NCBI GenBank assembly: GCA_036170915.1
Contig: JAVHQC010000029.1
Coordinates: forward strand, 262,950-326,949
Source: Cyanobacteria bacterium auto_48_18
GTDB taxonomy: Bacteria; Cyanobacteriota; Vampirovibrionia; Obscuribacterales; Obscuribacteraceae
Direction: 5' to 3'
DNA: 64,000 nucleotides
Both the position numbers and the translations under genes were made by a program. Below are positions 28,741-38,847 of this stretch, in pieces (the stretch's first letter is position 1; every line of letters starts with the position of its first letter). The notes beneath the pieces were generated by a model that worked only from the letters and a program-made list of their open reading frames with translations, was not told the origin of the DNA and ran no database searches.

Positions 28741-31352
28741 CTGGCAGCCATTTGCAGTTGCTGCTCGCGATTATTACAGCTGCCATCAAGCCTGGCTGCT
28801 AGAACATGCCTGAGAACTGCTCCGAGCTGAGGCCCCGGTTTGAATCCACTGGCGATTAAATCAGCACCACTGATATCAAGCTTGGTGTCAGCTAATTCTT
28901 CTAAATAAAGTTTGATTGCCCGGCGCAGATAGCTGCCCACCTGTCCTACCGCCGCAGCAATCGCGAGGGCTTCACGCGGGCGCCCTTGCATTACTTCAAA
29001 TATCTCGGATCGTTTTAAATCGCCCATTGCAAGCGGCATATGTCGGTGCAGATCAAGGCCGCTTTCAATTACTTCTTTCTGATAATTAGTGAGCATCAAG
29101 CGCTCAAGCAGACCGTGCAGCCGCTCTACCGGCAAATCACTGAGCAGGGCACCAAGATAAACTACCCAGGGCTCATCTACGCTGTACCGGGCAAGAAGCC
29201 GCTCGGCCCGGCGAATAGATTTACGCAGTCCTTCGCCGTACTCTAGTTGCGCGTCCAGATAACAAAGATTGCCACTGAGCTCTGCCAGAAGATTCAATGC
29301 CGCTATTCTCTGGGGCGATTCCAAAATCATTTTCAGTTCCGCTTTGATGCGCGCTCCGCCGAGGTCATCAAATATTCCCATCTGACTGGCCCGCCTGGCC
29401 TGCTCTTTGGTTTTGGCATCAAGATGAAAACCAAGCCGACCGGCAAAGCGTGCAGCTCGCACCATGCGAGTGGGGTCTTCAATAAAACTAAACGGGTGCA
29501 AAATGCGAATAACTTTGTCTTTGAGATCGCTCAAACCATCAAAAAGGTCAATCAACTGACCAAAGCGGGAAGGGTTCAATGCCACTGCCAGAGCGTTAAT
29601 GGTAAAGTCGCGACGCAATAAATCTTGTTCGAGACGCGAAGCTTCTACCTCAGGTAATGCGGCAGGAAACTCATAAAATTCTGTGCGCGCCGTTGATAAA
29701 TCGACTTCGCGATCGCCTGATGCACCGTGGTAAATCAAAGTCGCAGTTTGAAAACGTTCGTGGCTAGCCACCAGTTCAAACTTGGCAGGGTAAAGTTCTA
29801 GCAGCTTGTCCGCTAATTTTTGCGCTGCTCCTTCGATGACAAAATCGAGATCAAAGTTTGGAATTTTAAGGATCAAATCGCGCACAAAACCGCCAACGGC
29901 ATAAATTTGCATATGCAAATCTTGCGCGACAGTACCAATGTTATGGCAGAGCCATAGAGTATCTTCATCGACACGCTCTAGCTCGTGACTTAAATTTGAC
30001 TGTTTGGCAGCAGCAGCATCGCGCAGATTTTTGCCCAGATCTTTATCGCTGGCATAGGTTGATCCGAATAAACTTTTAAGCACATCACGACGCGACACCA
30101 GACCAACCAGAGCGCCGTCTGTGTTCAAAACCGGCAGTCGTCCAATGTCTTGAGCAGACATCAGTTCTTGAATCTGACTCAGTGAAGTATCTTCAGAAAT
30201 AGTAATTACAGGTTTGCTCATAAATCCTGAGACTCTGGCGTGGCCTAATTTATGGTGGCTCGATTGATCAATATCGCGGCGCGAGACAATGCCTACAATT
30301 GCTTCGCCCTCTGCCACCACAAGCCCATCAAGGTTGTAACGCAGCATCAAACGACCGGCTTCATCCATAGAAATAGTCGGCTTGACAGTGCGCACCGGGC
30401 TGACCATCAGGTCGCGAGCGAGGGGCTGGGGGGCCGCATGCTCAGTCAAAATCGCTTTTACTTTTTCAACTACTGCTTCTACTGTGGCACCTTTGGCTAC
30501 CGCGGAACCGGCGCCTGGATGGCCATCGCCGCCAAAAGCCTGCACCACTGTGCGCACGCTCATCACTCGCGGATCGGCACGACCAACAATATGCACGCGA
30601 TCTTTCATGTGCACAACAGTGAAGGCACCATCGGCAGATTCGAGATCAACAATCTGCCTGGTTACTGAGGCCAGGCCTTCCACATATTTTGGCAGTGAAG
30701 CGTGAGCGACTATAAATTTGTGACCTTGAACATGCAGCAGTTCAACACCTTTGAGTAGCTCTTCTAAAAGCGCAATTTGCTCTTGCTCCATCTTCGGCTT
30801 AATATATTCACGCACCACTGAAAGGTCGGCGCCTTGCTGAATTAGATAAGCAATGCACTCAGCGTCGCGTGGAGTGGTGCCTGCATAAGTCAAACAACCT
30901 GTATCTTCAAAAATACCGATGGCTAGTAAGGTGGCATCAAACTGCGAAAGCTCTACTTTTTGCTGTTTGATTTTTTCCACCAGAATGGTGGTGGCAGCAC
31001 CGACATTTTCAATTTGCGAATCTTTAGTTGCCACGGCTATTAGCCCATCAGGGTCAAGGTCGTGATGATCGAAAATAGTCAGCGCACGGCTAGTAATCAA
31101 CTTTTGCACACCAGCACCAAGACGCTCAGCATGCTGGCAATCAACAAGAAAAAAGCGGGTCACTTTAGTTAAATCGAGATATTTGAGTTGCGCGATAGGC
31201 AAATAACTGCGATTCAAACTAAGGAAACTGCGAACATTTCCGGTTAGTGGATAACCAAGCACCATGCGGCAAGACGGATACAACTTTGTCAGCGCGAATT
31301 GCGCCGCCAGTGAATCAAAATCCATATTGCTGTGTGCAAAAGCTATTTCCAA
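28722..31352 (-). CDS. tRNA nucleotidyltransferase with DHH-DHHA1 and paired CBS domains (probably the A-adding type)
   Basis: HxNxDFD, FDHH, EDTG and GDGHPGAGS; two CBS repeats; VGGFVRD..DLDF, DLLRRDFTINALA and EDPTR motifs. Confidence 0.9.
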   Translation of the reverse strand: MEIAFAHSNMDFDSLAAQFALTKLYPSCRMVLGYPLTGNVRSFLSLNRSYLPIAQLKYLDLTKVTRFFLVDCQHAERLGAGVQKLITSRALTIFDHHDLDPDGLIAVATKDSQIENVGAATTILVEKIKQQKVELSQFDATLLAIGIFEDTGCLTYAGTTPRDAECIAYLIQQGADLSVVREYIKPKMEQEQIALLEELLKGVELLHVQGHKFIVAHASLPKYVEGLASVTRQIVDLESADGAFTVVHMKDRVHIVGRADPRVMSVRTVVQAFGGDGHPGAGSAVAKGATVEAVVEKVKAILTEHAAPQPLARDLMVSPVRTVKPTISMDEAGRLMLRYNLDGLVVAEGEAIVGIVSRRDIDQSSHHKLGHARVSGFMSKPVITISEDTSLSQIQELMSAQDIGRLPVLNTDGALVGLVSRRDVLKSLFGSTYASDKDLGKNLRDAAAAKQSNLSHELERVDEDTLWLCHNIGTVAQDLHMQIYAVGGFVRDLILKIPNFDLDFVIEGAAQKLADKLLELYPAKFELVASHERFQTATLIYHGASGDREVDLSTARTEFYEFPAALPEVEASRLEQDLLRRDFTINALAVALNPSRFGQLIDLFDGLSDLKDKVIRILHPFSFIEDPTRMVRAARFAGRLGFHLDAKTKEQARRASQMGIFDDLGGARIKAELKMILESPQRIAALNLLAELSGNLCYLDAQLEYGEGLRKSIRRAERLLARYSVDEPWVVYLGALLSDLPVERLHGLLERLMLTNYQKEVIESGLDLHRHMPLAMGDLKRSEIFEVMQGRPREALAIAAAVGQVGSYLRRAIKLYLEELADTKLDISGADLIASGFKPGPQLGAVLRHVLAARLDGSCNNREQQLQMAASYFNHD

Positions 31353-31591
31353 TTTTTTGCCTTATCTCACAAATTTCTCGGCCGTTTCCAGGCTGACGGC
31401 CACTGCATTCTATATTGTGCCCGTTAATTACTCTTTTGGTTAGGAGCAAAATCTAGGCGCGGTTTAGTCTTTAATTAAGCATTCGCGCCGCTTTTGCAGT
31501 TTATCAGCATTCTTTTCGGGGTATCTGATGACAATAGAAACTGACAAAATTAAGACTAGCAAATACGAAAGACCGGGTTTTTTAAAACAGC

Positions 31592-32377
31592 ATGAATACC
31601 TTCGACCTCTTGGGCCAGACTTATCTGATGTGCACAGTGTTTGGCTGGGGCTTCATCATATTTTCGCTGGTCATGGGTCACTTTGGCCACGAAGGTCACG
31701 GTGGTGATGGTGGCCATGACATTGGCGATAGTGTTCTTGAAGCCGCTCACGGCATTCATCATCTCGATGGCGGCGGAGGGGGTGGCCATATCGGCCATGG
31801 TCACAGCGGTTTAACCGGCGGGCATCAAACTGCCGATGGCCATAGTGGTGGTCACGACGGCCACCATGACTCTAACCAAGATGGCGACAATGCTCGCACC
31901 GGCACCAATCCTGTAATTCATCACAACGAAAAAAATCTCTACTTCACTTTGCTCAGCCTATTCAGCCCTATGTCGATTTCAGTATTTATCGGCTTCTTTG
32001 GCTTTACCGGATTGGCTTTGCGCTCTTTCGTACCCTGGATGGGGTGGCTCACTCTAGTTCCCGCAGTGCTCGTTGGACTTGCCGCCACCAACGTGATGAA
32101 ATACGTGATCGCCTGGGCGACCAGTAAATTATCGGCCTCTAGTTTAACCAGTAGTCAACAAGCCATTGGTCAAATTGCCGAAGTAAACACGCCTATTAAA
32201 GAGGGTCGGCTGGGGGAAGTGTCATATATTATCGGCCTGACAAGATTTAACGCTGCTGCTCGCCCTGCTAAAGTCGGCAGCGAAATTGCCCGTGGAGCAA
32301 AAGTGATAATCGTTGAAACGGATGGTCCTGTAGTTCTCGTAGAACCCTTCTCTGACCATCAATTAGATGGTCACTAG
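31592..32377 (+). CDS. NfeD-like (YuaF/YqiJ-type) membrane protein with His/Gly-rich loop
   Basis: TM, His/Gly-rich loop, 2-3 TM, C-terminal OB-fold-like IGQIAEV..PI...GEV; directly upstream of flotillin. Confidence 0.85.
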   Translation: MNTFDLLGQTYLMCTVFGWGFIIFSLVMGHFGHEGHGGDGGHDIGDSVLEAAHGIHHLDGGGGGGHIGHGHSGLTGGHQTADGHSGGHDGHHDSNQDGDNARTGTNPVIHHNEKNLYFTLLSLFSPMSISVFIGFFGFTGLALRSFVPWMGWLTLVPAVLVGLAATNVMKYVIAWATSKLSASSLTSSQQAIGQIAEVNTPIKEGRLGEVSYIIGLTRFNAAARPAKVGSEIARGAKVIIVETDGPVVLVEPFSDHQLDGH

Positions 32378-32567
32378 CTGAGGCCATCAGGTTGTCAAGA
32401 TTATAAAGGAATCTATTGGTATCCCAGGGTAGGCACCACATTCGGTATAGGATCGAAAAGTCGAATTGGAAGTCAATAGCAAGGTTTTCACTAAAGAATA
32501 GGGAATAAGTCCATCGAGGAAGCACCAGGTAGGTCGCCTTTCGATGGCTTTTGGAGGAACGCGAAAA

Positions 32568-34160
32568 ATGGATCCAAATATAGTGCTTTGGGGTGGAGGA
32601 GCGATTATCGGCATAGTCGTGCTCAGCATCTTCTACTTCTTAGCGAATGTGTATCAGAAATGCGGCCCGAACGAAGCAATGATCATTACTGGTGCGGTGC
32701 CTGGTGGCATTAAGGTGCTCAGAGGTGGTGGCGGCATCGTCATTCCGGTGATGCACCAGCGACACTTACTGTCATTAGAAGTAATGACAATCGAAGTGCA
32801 CTCTAACGCTGCCATGATCACAAAAAATGGTGTTCCAATTTACGTTGAAGGTGTAGCACAGGTTAAAGTGCGTGGTGATGAAGAAGCTATTGCCACTGCG
32901 GCAGAGCGCTTCCTCAATAAGTCTATGGACGAAATTGCCACAGTTGCTCACGAAACTTTAGTTGGTCACTTGCGAGCAATTTTAGGCACCATGACCGTAG
33001 AAGAATTGATTCAAAGCTTTGATTCATTCGCTTCGAGAGTTCAAGAAGTATCGGTTGCGGATCTCGCAAAAATGGGTCTGATTGTAGATTCATTCACCAT
33101 CAAAGAAATTCGCGACTCGGTTGGTTACTTAGAAGCTCTAGGTAAAAAACAAACAGCCGAAGCAAAACGTAGTGCCGCCATCGGTGAAGCTGAGGCAACT
33201 AAAGAAACACAAATCGCTCAAGCCAGCGCTTCGAGAGACGCCCAAATTGCTCAAGCTCAAGCCGCTGAAGAAGGTGCTAAGGCTAAACTCGCTGCTGACA
33301 CTCGCGTAGCTGAATCGTCTAAAAACTTCCAGGTGTCACAAGCCACCTATCAAGCTGAAGTTGCGAGAACTAAGGCATCATCAGACATGATGTATGAAAT
33401 CGTCAAAGCGCAATCACAACAGAAACTAACTGAAGAAATGCAGAAAGTAAAAATTGTGGAAGCGCAAAAAGAAGTTGAATTGCAACAAGTTGAAGTTATG
33501 AAGCGACAAGTGGCCCTTGAAGCTGAAATCACAAAACCAGCTGAAGCAGAGCAATCACGTATTAAGCTCATGACTCAAGCGGAAGGTTTAAGACGCACCA
33601 TGCTGGCAGAAGCAGATGCACAATCTGTGAGATTGGCAGCTCAAGGTCAAGCCGAAGCCACCAAGCTCAAAGCCGGAGCCGACGCCGATGCCAGACGCAC
33701 AATGGGTATGGCAGACGCTGAAGCAAACCGCGCTAAGGGTCTTGCCGAAGCACAAGTTACAGCTGCCAAAGGTCAAGCCGAAGCCGACGCCATGTCGAAA
33801 AAAGCTGAAGCATACAAACAATATAACGACGCTGCCGTGATGCAGATGATCATCGATAAGCTGCCAGAAATGGTTCAAGCTGCGGCTTCACCACTTTCAA
33901 AAGTGGGCTCAATCACCTTGCTTTCCAATGGCGGTGATACCACCGGCATGGGTAAAATCAGTGGTGATGTATTGAACGTAGCCGCTCAAAGCTTGAGTAT
34001 GATCAAAGGCCTCACCGGAATTGACATCACCGACGCCATGAAACGCAGAGCTGGTGTAAACAACGACGGTGACGGAAATGGTCAACAAGCAAAGCCAGCG
34101 ATTCCAGCTTCGCCAGCGGCGCCAAGACAGCAACAACCACCAGCAAATCCCAACAACTAA
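32568..34160 (+). CDS. Flotillin-like SPFH domain protein (start at ATG 32568 after GGAGG)
   Basis: N-terminal TM, PNEAMIITG, SPFH core (AAERFL, GHLRAILG), long AEA-rich coiled coil. Confidence 0.93.
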   Translation: MDPNIVLWGGGAIIGIVVLSIFYFLANVYQKCGPNEAMIITGAVPGGIKVLRGGGGIVIPVMHQRHLLSLEVMTIEVHSNAAMITKNGVPIYVEGVAQVKVRGDEEAIATAAERFLNKSMDEIATVAHETLVGHLRAILGTMTVEELIQSFDSFASRVQEVSVADLAKMGLIVDSFTIKEIRDSVGYLEALGKKQTAEAKRSAAIGEAEATKETQIAQASASRDAQIAQAQAAEEGAKAKLAADTRVAESSKNFQVSQATYQAEVARTKASSDMMYEIVKAQSQQKLTEEMQKVKIVEAQKEVELQQVEVMKRQVALEAEITKPAEAEQSRIKLMTQAEGLRRTMLAEADAQSVRLAAQGQAEATKLKAGADADARRTMGMADAEANRAKGLAEAQVTAAKGQAEADAMSKKAEAYKQYNDAAVMQMIIDKLPEMVQAAASPLSKVGSITLLSNGGDTTGMGKISGDVLNVAAQSLSMIKGLTGIDITDAMKRRAGVNNDGDGNGQQAKPAIPASPAAPRQQQPPANPNN

Positions 34161-34178
34161 TTAAATAGGCCTTAGGAA

Positions 34179-34736
34179 ATCACCACAAGACGCATTATTG
34201 TTATTGGTGCAAGCGGAGTCGGCAAGACCACCTTAGTGGAGGCGCTGACTCCGCTTCTGGCATTACCAGTGATACCAGAATTAGGGCGCAAAATCAGCCT
34301 TGAAATGGGTTACGAATATCCTGGTCAAATTACTGATCAAGAAGGATTTAAGAAAAAAGTTCTTGACGAACAGATTGCCGAGGAGCGCCGTTTAGGCAAT
34401 TTCTTGAGCGACCGATCAGTAGTCGATGCCTGGGTTTTATGGCAACGCTGGAATATTTGCCAGGCCATGAGTTATGACACTGAAAGTTACTATTTGAAGG
34501 CGCGGGCGCAAAGCGAATTTTATACTGAGATTATCTACATTCCACCCATGTTTGCGGCAGTTGACGATGGGGTGCGCTGGACTGATGCTGATTATCAAAG
34601 GCAAATAGATCGCCTGGTGCGAATGACACTTTGGGAGTGGAATTTGCTTGAGCGCACTTATACTGTTAAAAGCGCGGATAATCGCTTGAATGAGGTGCGG
34701 GACTGGTTAGGCGAGCGGGGCGCGCTAGAAGATTAA
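34179..34736 (+). CDS. NadR/Ttd14-type P-loop NTPase (AAA_28-like); the P-loop lies upstream of the track's GTG 34236
   Basis: In-frame upstream codons give ITTRRIIVIGASGVGKTTLVEAL; also PELGR, SDRSVVD and DDGVR motifs. Confidence 0.8.
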   Translation: MTTRRIIVIGASGVGKTTLVEALTPLLALPVIPELGRKISLEMGYEYPGQITDQEGFKKKVLDEQIAEERRLGNFLSDRSVVDAWVLWQRWNICQAMSYDTESYYLKARAQSEFYTEIIYIPPMFAAVDDGVRWTDADYQRQIDRLVRMTLWEWNLLERTYTVKSADNRLNEVRDWLGERGALED

Positions 34737-34847
34737 ATGGTAGGCGTTTGTTCAGGGCCGAAGATATGTAGCTGAGTCTGTTTTGAAAACTGAAGCGTGC
34801 ACGGTTCAGTTCTGGAATGATTAAAAGCACCCGGTTTGGTTTTACCT

Positions 34848-35573
34848 ATGAGTTCAGAATTAGAGTCAGCAAAAGAATCTTCTTCTGAGCAAATTTCTGC
34901 GCAGCCTGAAATCGGCTCAATATCGGTCAGGTCGCGTTTGACCTTTGCCTTGAGAAGAAATATAGCGATGATGCTCGACCTTATCATTGCTAATAGTTTT
35001 ATGCTCCTTCCCGCAATCGTCCTCGGTTTCCGAGGTGGATTTCGTCCTGATTTCGGCTTTTTCTTTGATCCATCTGAAGCATTGGCCCAAAACGGTGCGG
35101 CGGCATCGATTATGTTTGCACTACTGTGTACTCCACTGCCGCTCATTTACTTGAGAATTTTTTTCAAAGTCTTTAAAAATGGAAAAACGCCCGGAGAGAG
35201 CTTAGCAGGCATAGTCAGCTATTCCACCCAAACAGGTTTAAGCAAGTGGGTCTGTCAGTTATCGTACGGCCTTTGCCAATATTTGATGTTTGTTTTTTCC
35301 TTAGTCGCTTCGACGTATCTCAGTTTCATAGGCGCTTGTTTCTTCGGAATGCTTCTAGGCAGCCCACGAGACGAACTTTTTGACGGTACAGGCTGGTTCA
35401 TATTGATACTTTGGCCTCTAACAATTTTTCTAATATGGTTGCTATTCCATCTCTCCTTTTCAAGAAAAAGCTATCAAGCTCTTGCCGATTACAAAATGAA
35501 TGCTGAGGTAAGGCCGGAAATGAGACAGCCACAAATAACAGCCAGCGTAGAACCATCTCACGAAGCCTTGTAA
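34848..35573 (+). CDS. RDD-family membrane protein
   Basis: RRNIAMMLD, GKTPGE..AGI and QALAD motifs with TM segments. Confidence 0.7.
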   Translation: MSSELESAKESSSEQISAQPEIGSISVRSRLTFALRRNIAMMLDLIIANSFMLLPAIVLGFRGGFRPDFGFFFDPSEALAQNGAAASIMFALLCTPLPLIYLRIFFKVFKNGKTPGESLAGIVSYSTQTGLSKWVCQLSYGLCQYLMFVFSLVASTYLSFIGACFFGMLLGSPRDELFDGTGWFILILWPLTIFLIWLLFHLSFSRKSYQALADYKMNAEVRPEMRQPQITASVEPSHEAL

Positions 35574-35690
35574 CATTCTCGCGCGGAACTTGTGACGCAC
35601 GTGAGTCAGAGGGGAATTAAGAATAAGCACCCTTGCGGCATCCTATTTAGTCAGCACAGATTTAGTCAGCACAAATCGGAGAAGGCATTG

Positions 35691-36110
35691 ATGACACCTT
35701 CGAAAGTTGAAATGGATGACGACCAACTGTTCGCCATCCGTTTGCAATACGAGTGCCCATATAAATGGAAAGACATGAAAGGCGACGAGAGAGTGCGGGC
35801 TTGCTCCGCTTGCCATAAAAATGTCTATAACATTTCGATGCTCAGCAGAACAGACGCAGTCAGTCTCATCAATGAAAACGAAGGCGACATTTGTGTGCGC
35901 TTTTTCCAGAGACGCGATGGCACGGTGATCACTCGAGATTGCGTATCAATGTTTGGCACAGCGAAGCTAAAAGGAAAATACAATCCATTTGCCTTGATCA
36001 ATGCCGGTCTAGCAGTATTGTTTACCATCTTAGCTCCCCTGCTCGGGCCCGCCTGCTGCACCATCCTCAATGGAGTCGGCCCGGTGATGACGCCCGTAGA
36101 CAAAAAATAA
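35691..36110 (+). CDS. Hypothetical Cys-rich protein with C-terminal TM
   Basis: CPYKWKDM.GDERVRAC.AC.KNVYN...ICVRF; GGAGAAGG upstream of ATG 35691. Confidence 0.7.
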   Translation: MTPSKVEMDDDQLFAIRLQYECPYKWKDMKGDERVRACSACHKNVYNISMLSRTDAVSLINENEGDICVRFFQRRDGTVITRDCVSMFGTAKLKGKYNPFALINAGLAVLFTILAPLLGPACCTILNGVGPVMTPVDKK

Positions 36111-36168
36111 AGCCTGAAGTTTCAGCCGGATTTCTGCAAACAGTTTGCCACACCGCTATAATCGTTTA

Positions 36169-37161
36169 ATGACGTCCTGGCCCCGCCCACTTTTAGCTAC
36201 TCTTGCCGCAAGCACGGCCCTTTTAGGCAATAACACTTCAGCACAAGGTGCTGGCAAAGTCAGCGAACACTCTGACCAAAAGCCGGCCAGAGCCGAAACT
36301 CAGCACAAACCCACAATTGTTTCGCTGGCTCCAAGCAACACCGAATTGTTGTGCACAGTAGGTGCTGGTGATCAGATCATTGGCGTCTGTTCATTTTGCG
36401 ACTATCCCAAAAACACCGTCGACATTACTAAGGTCGGAACTTTTGTCTCTGCCAACCTCGAGCGATTAGCGAGACTGAAGCCAGACCTGGTGCTGCTTGT
36501 CTCAGGGCAAGAACAACTAGCGGCAAAAATTCAGCACCATAAATTCAACACCGTACTTATAGACAACACACACCTCAGCGACATCAGCAAAAACATCAAG
36601 CAGCTCGGACAGCTTACCGGACACAGCGAAATTGGCGCCCACTCAGCGCACAAGTTTGATCTGGCGCTGCGCAATTTAGCGACGATAATTGATAAAACCA
36701 AAGATAAACCAAAAGTCTTTTATTGTGTCTGGCCGCAGCCGCTAATGACAGTGGGAAAGAATAGTTTTCTTAATGAAATTATCACTGCATGTGGTGGCAT
36801 CAACGTGGCGGGCCACATCAACGGCAGCTATCCAAGATTTAGCCTTGAAAAATTAGTGCTCAGCAATCCAGATGTGATTATCTTGCCGTTCGAGGCGCGA
36901 AACCAATCTTTCATTAAGAGCCCACCGTGGAGTCGGCTCAAAGCAGTGCGCGAGAATCGCGTTTATTATCTGCCTGATCAAAAACACGACATGCTCTCGC
37001 GCCCAACCATGCGCGTCACCGGTGGAATTGCCTGGTTAGCCGGTATATGTCACCCAGGCGACAAAGCCGAACTTGAAAATTGGGCAAATCAATTTACTGG
37101 CTTATCTTTGCCTGCTTCTTCCAATCGGGTTTCATTGCACAATGCTAATGTGAAAAATTGA
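36169..37161 (+). CDS. BtuF-like periplasmic binding protein (cobalamin/heme/siderophore class)
   Basis: IVSLAPSNTELL, IIGV..FCDYP, NLERL..LKPDLV, SNPDVII, AVRENRVY and LSRP motifs. Confidence 0.88.
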   Translation: MTSWPRPLLATLAASTALLGNNTSAQGAGKVSEHSDQKPARAETQHKPTIVSLAPSNTELLCTVGAGDQIIGVCSFCDYPKNTVDITKVGTFVSANLERLARLKPDLVLLVSGQEQLAAKIQHHKFNTVLIDNTHLSDISKNIKQLGQLTGHSEIGAHSAHKFDLALRNLATIIDKTKDKPKVFYCVWPQPLMTVGKNSFLNEIITACGGINVAGHINGSYPRFSLEKLVLSNPDVIILPFEARNQSFIKSPPWSRLKAVRENRVYYLPDQKHDMLSRPTMRVTGGIAWLAGICHPGDKAELENWANQFTGLSLPASSNRVSLHNANVKN

Positions 37162-37409
37162 GCATGTTGCCGCTCAATATTCCAGCCCACAGTGCCTAAA
37201 TTTGTTCATAACAAGCCGTGACAGGGTCAAAATGAGCCATTTTGGCCAAAACCAACCCGGCCAGCGTAGGTTTTCCGACCCCTTGCTGCCAATACGATTT
37301 ATTTACCGTTATCAATGACTCAGGCCAGTCAGCTGTCAGCATCGCTATAATCGGCTAGTAAGGGCAAAGCTCCTTTTGGTAGCGCGACTTTGCGCCACAC
37401 ACAGGTAAC

Positions 37410-38840
37410 ATGAATCACTTAGTTGTTAGCGGCATCAATTACCATTCAGCTCCCATTGCCATTCGGGAACAGTTTTGTATTCCTGATTCCTGCATCGGAC
37501 ATGCCCTCGAAGGGCTCAAACGCTTTCCGCACATAAAAGAAGCAGTCATCTTGTCAACCTGCAACCGCACCGAAGTTTATGCGGTTGTCGACGACGTTGC
37601 TGCTGGTCTCAAAGAAATCGACATGTTTTTCGGCTCTGTGCAGTCTGTAAGCGACCACGGAGCACTCAAACCCAACTTCCGCCTCTTGCGCGATGATGTT
37701 GTTTTGCATCTTTTGCGGGTGGCAGCGGGCTTAGACAGCATGATTTTGGGCGAAAGTCAGATCATGGCTCAGGTAAAGGCGGCACACCAGGCAGCATTAG
37801 AGCGCAGAACAGCCGGCCCGATTCTCGATATGGTCTTCAAACTGGCTCTCAATACCGGCAAACGCGTTCGGTCCGAAACTTCTATGGGCAGAAGAGCAAT
37901 TTCGGTTAGCTCAGCCGCTGTGGAATTGGCTAAAGATCTCGTGGGCAGCCTCAAGAACAAGTCTATTGCCATAATCGGCCTGGGCAAAATGGGGCAAATT
38001 TGCACCAAGCACTTGCTCAGCGACGCCGGAGAAGGGCCAATTGTGCTCCTCAACCGCAATCAAGAAAGAGTTGCCGGTTTTCTTGCCAATAAACTCAATA
38101 ACAAAGAACGCCTGAAAACAAGCTTTGCTTACAATGAACGCACAGCCATAGCCGCCCAAGCTGACGTAGTAATCGTCGCCACCGGAGCGTCGCAGTTTGT
38201 CCTCGACCGCAACGAGATGGCAGCACAACGTCACGAAAAATCGCCTAAGCAAATCATCATCGATATTTCGGTGCCCCGCAATGTTGATCCGGCCATCGCA
38301 GAACTTGACGGTGTAAGCCTCTATATAGCCGACGACTTAAGCAAAATTGTGGCGAAAAATTTGGCGCAGCGAGAAGCCCTGGTGGCAGACGCTGAGGTAA
38401 TCATTTACGAGAGCCTGGAAGAATACTATAACTGGGAGCGCTCACAGTTAGTGGTGCCAACCATTGCCATTCTCAGAGAAAAAATTGAGGCTATTCGCCA
38501 GGAACAGATGTCCAAAAACAGCATCGTGCCTGGTATCAACACAGTCGCTAGCGGCCAAGATATGGAAGTTATCAGCCGGGCGATTGTAAACCAGATATTG
38601 CACCATCCAACAGTGCAACTCAAAGCTACTAAAGACTACGAAATTTTGAGACAACAAGCCGAAGCACTGCGTACTCTATTCAATCTTAATCCGTTGGCGA
38701 CGCTTACGGGCCTGCCAAAATCTGCCGATAAGCAATCAGCCATGTGCGCCGAAGCGCGAAAAAACGCTGCGGCCTACGATCACATTATCGAAGCGCAAGA
38801 ACAGCCTGGGGTCTTAAAATCCCGTCCACTGCTCAATTAG
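37410..38840 (+). CDS. hemA: Glutamyl-tRNA reductase
   Basis: STCNRTE, GLDSMILGESQI.AQVK, SVSSAAV, GLGKMG and DISVPRNV motifs. Confidence 0.96.
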   Translation: MNHLVVSGINYHSAPIAIREQFCIPDSCIGHALEGLKRFPHIKEAVILSTCNRTEVYAVVDDVAAGLKEIDMFFGSVQSVSDHGALKPNFRLLRDDVVLHLLRVAAGLDSMILGESQIMAQVKAAHQAALERRTAGPILDMVFKLALNTGKRVRSETSMGRRAISVSSAAVELAKDLVGSLKNKSIAIIGLGKMGQICTKHLLSDAGEGPIVLLNRNQERVAGFLANKLNNKERLKTSFAYNERTAIAAQADVVIVATGASQFVLDRNEMAAQRHEKSPKQIIIDISVPRNVDPAIAELDGVSLYIADDLSKIVAKNLAQREALVADAEVIIYESLEEYYNWERSQLVVPTIAILREKIEAIRQEQMSKNSIVPGINTVASGQDMEVISRAIVNQILHHPTVQLKATKDYEILRQQAEALRTLFNLNPLATLTGLPKSADKQSAMCAEARKNAAAYDHIIEAQEQPGVLKSRPLLN

Positions 38841-38847
38841 ATGAGCA

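Noticed and set aside
33350..34136. Antisense ORFs inside flotillin, and similar 60-140-aa ORFs inside other long genes
   Set aside because: Fully nested in well-supported genes with no motifs; expected shadow ORFs
36111..36168. Cobalamin riboswitch upstream of the btuF-like gene
   Set aside because: The gap is under 60 bp, has no B12-box, and the gene looks leaderless
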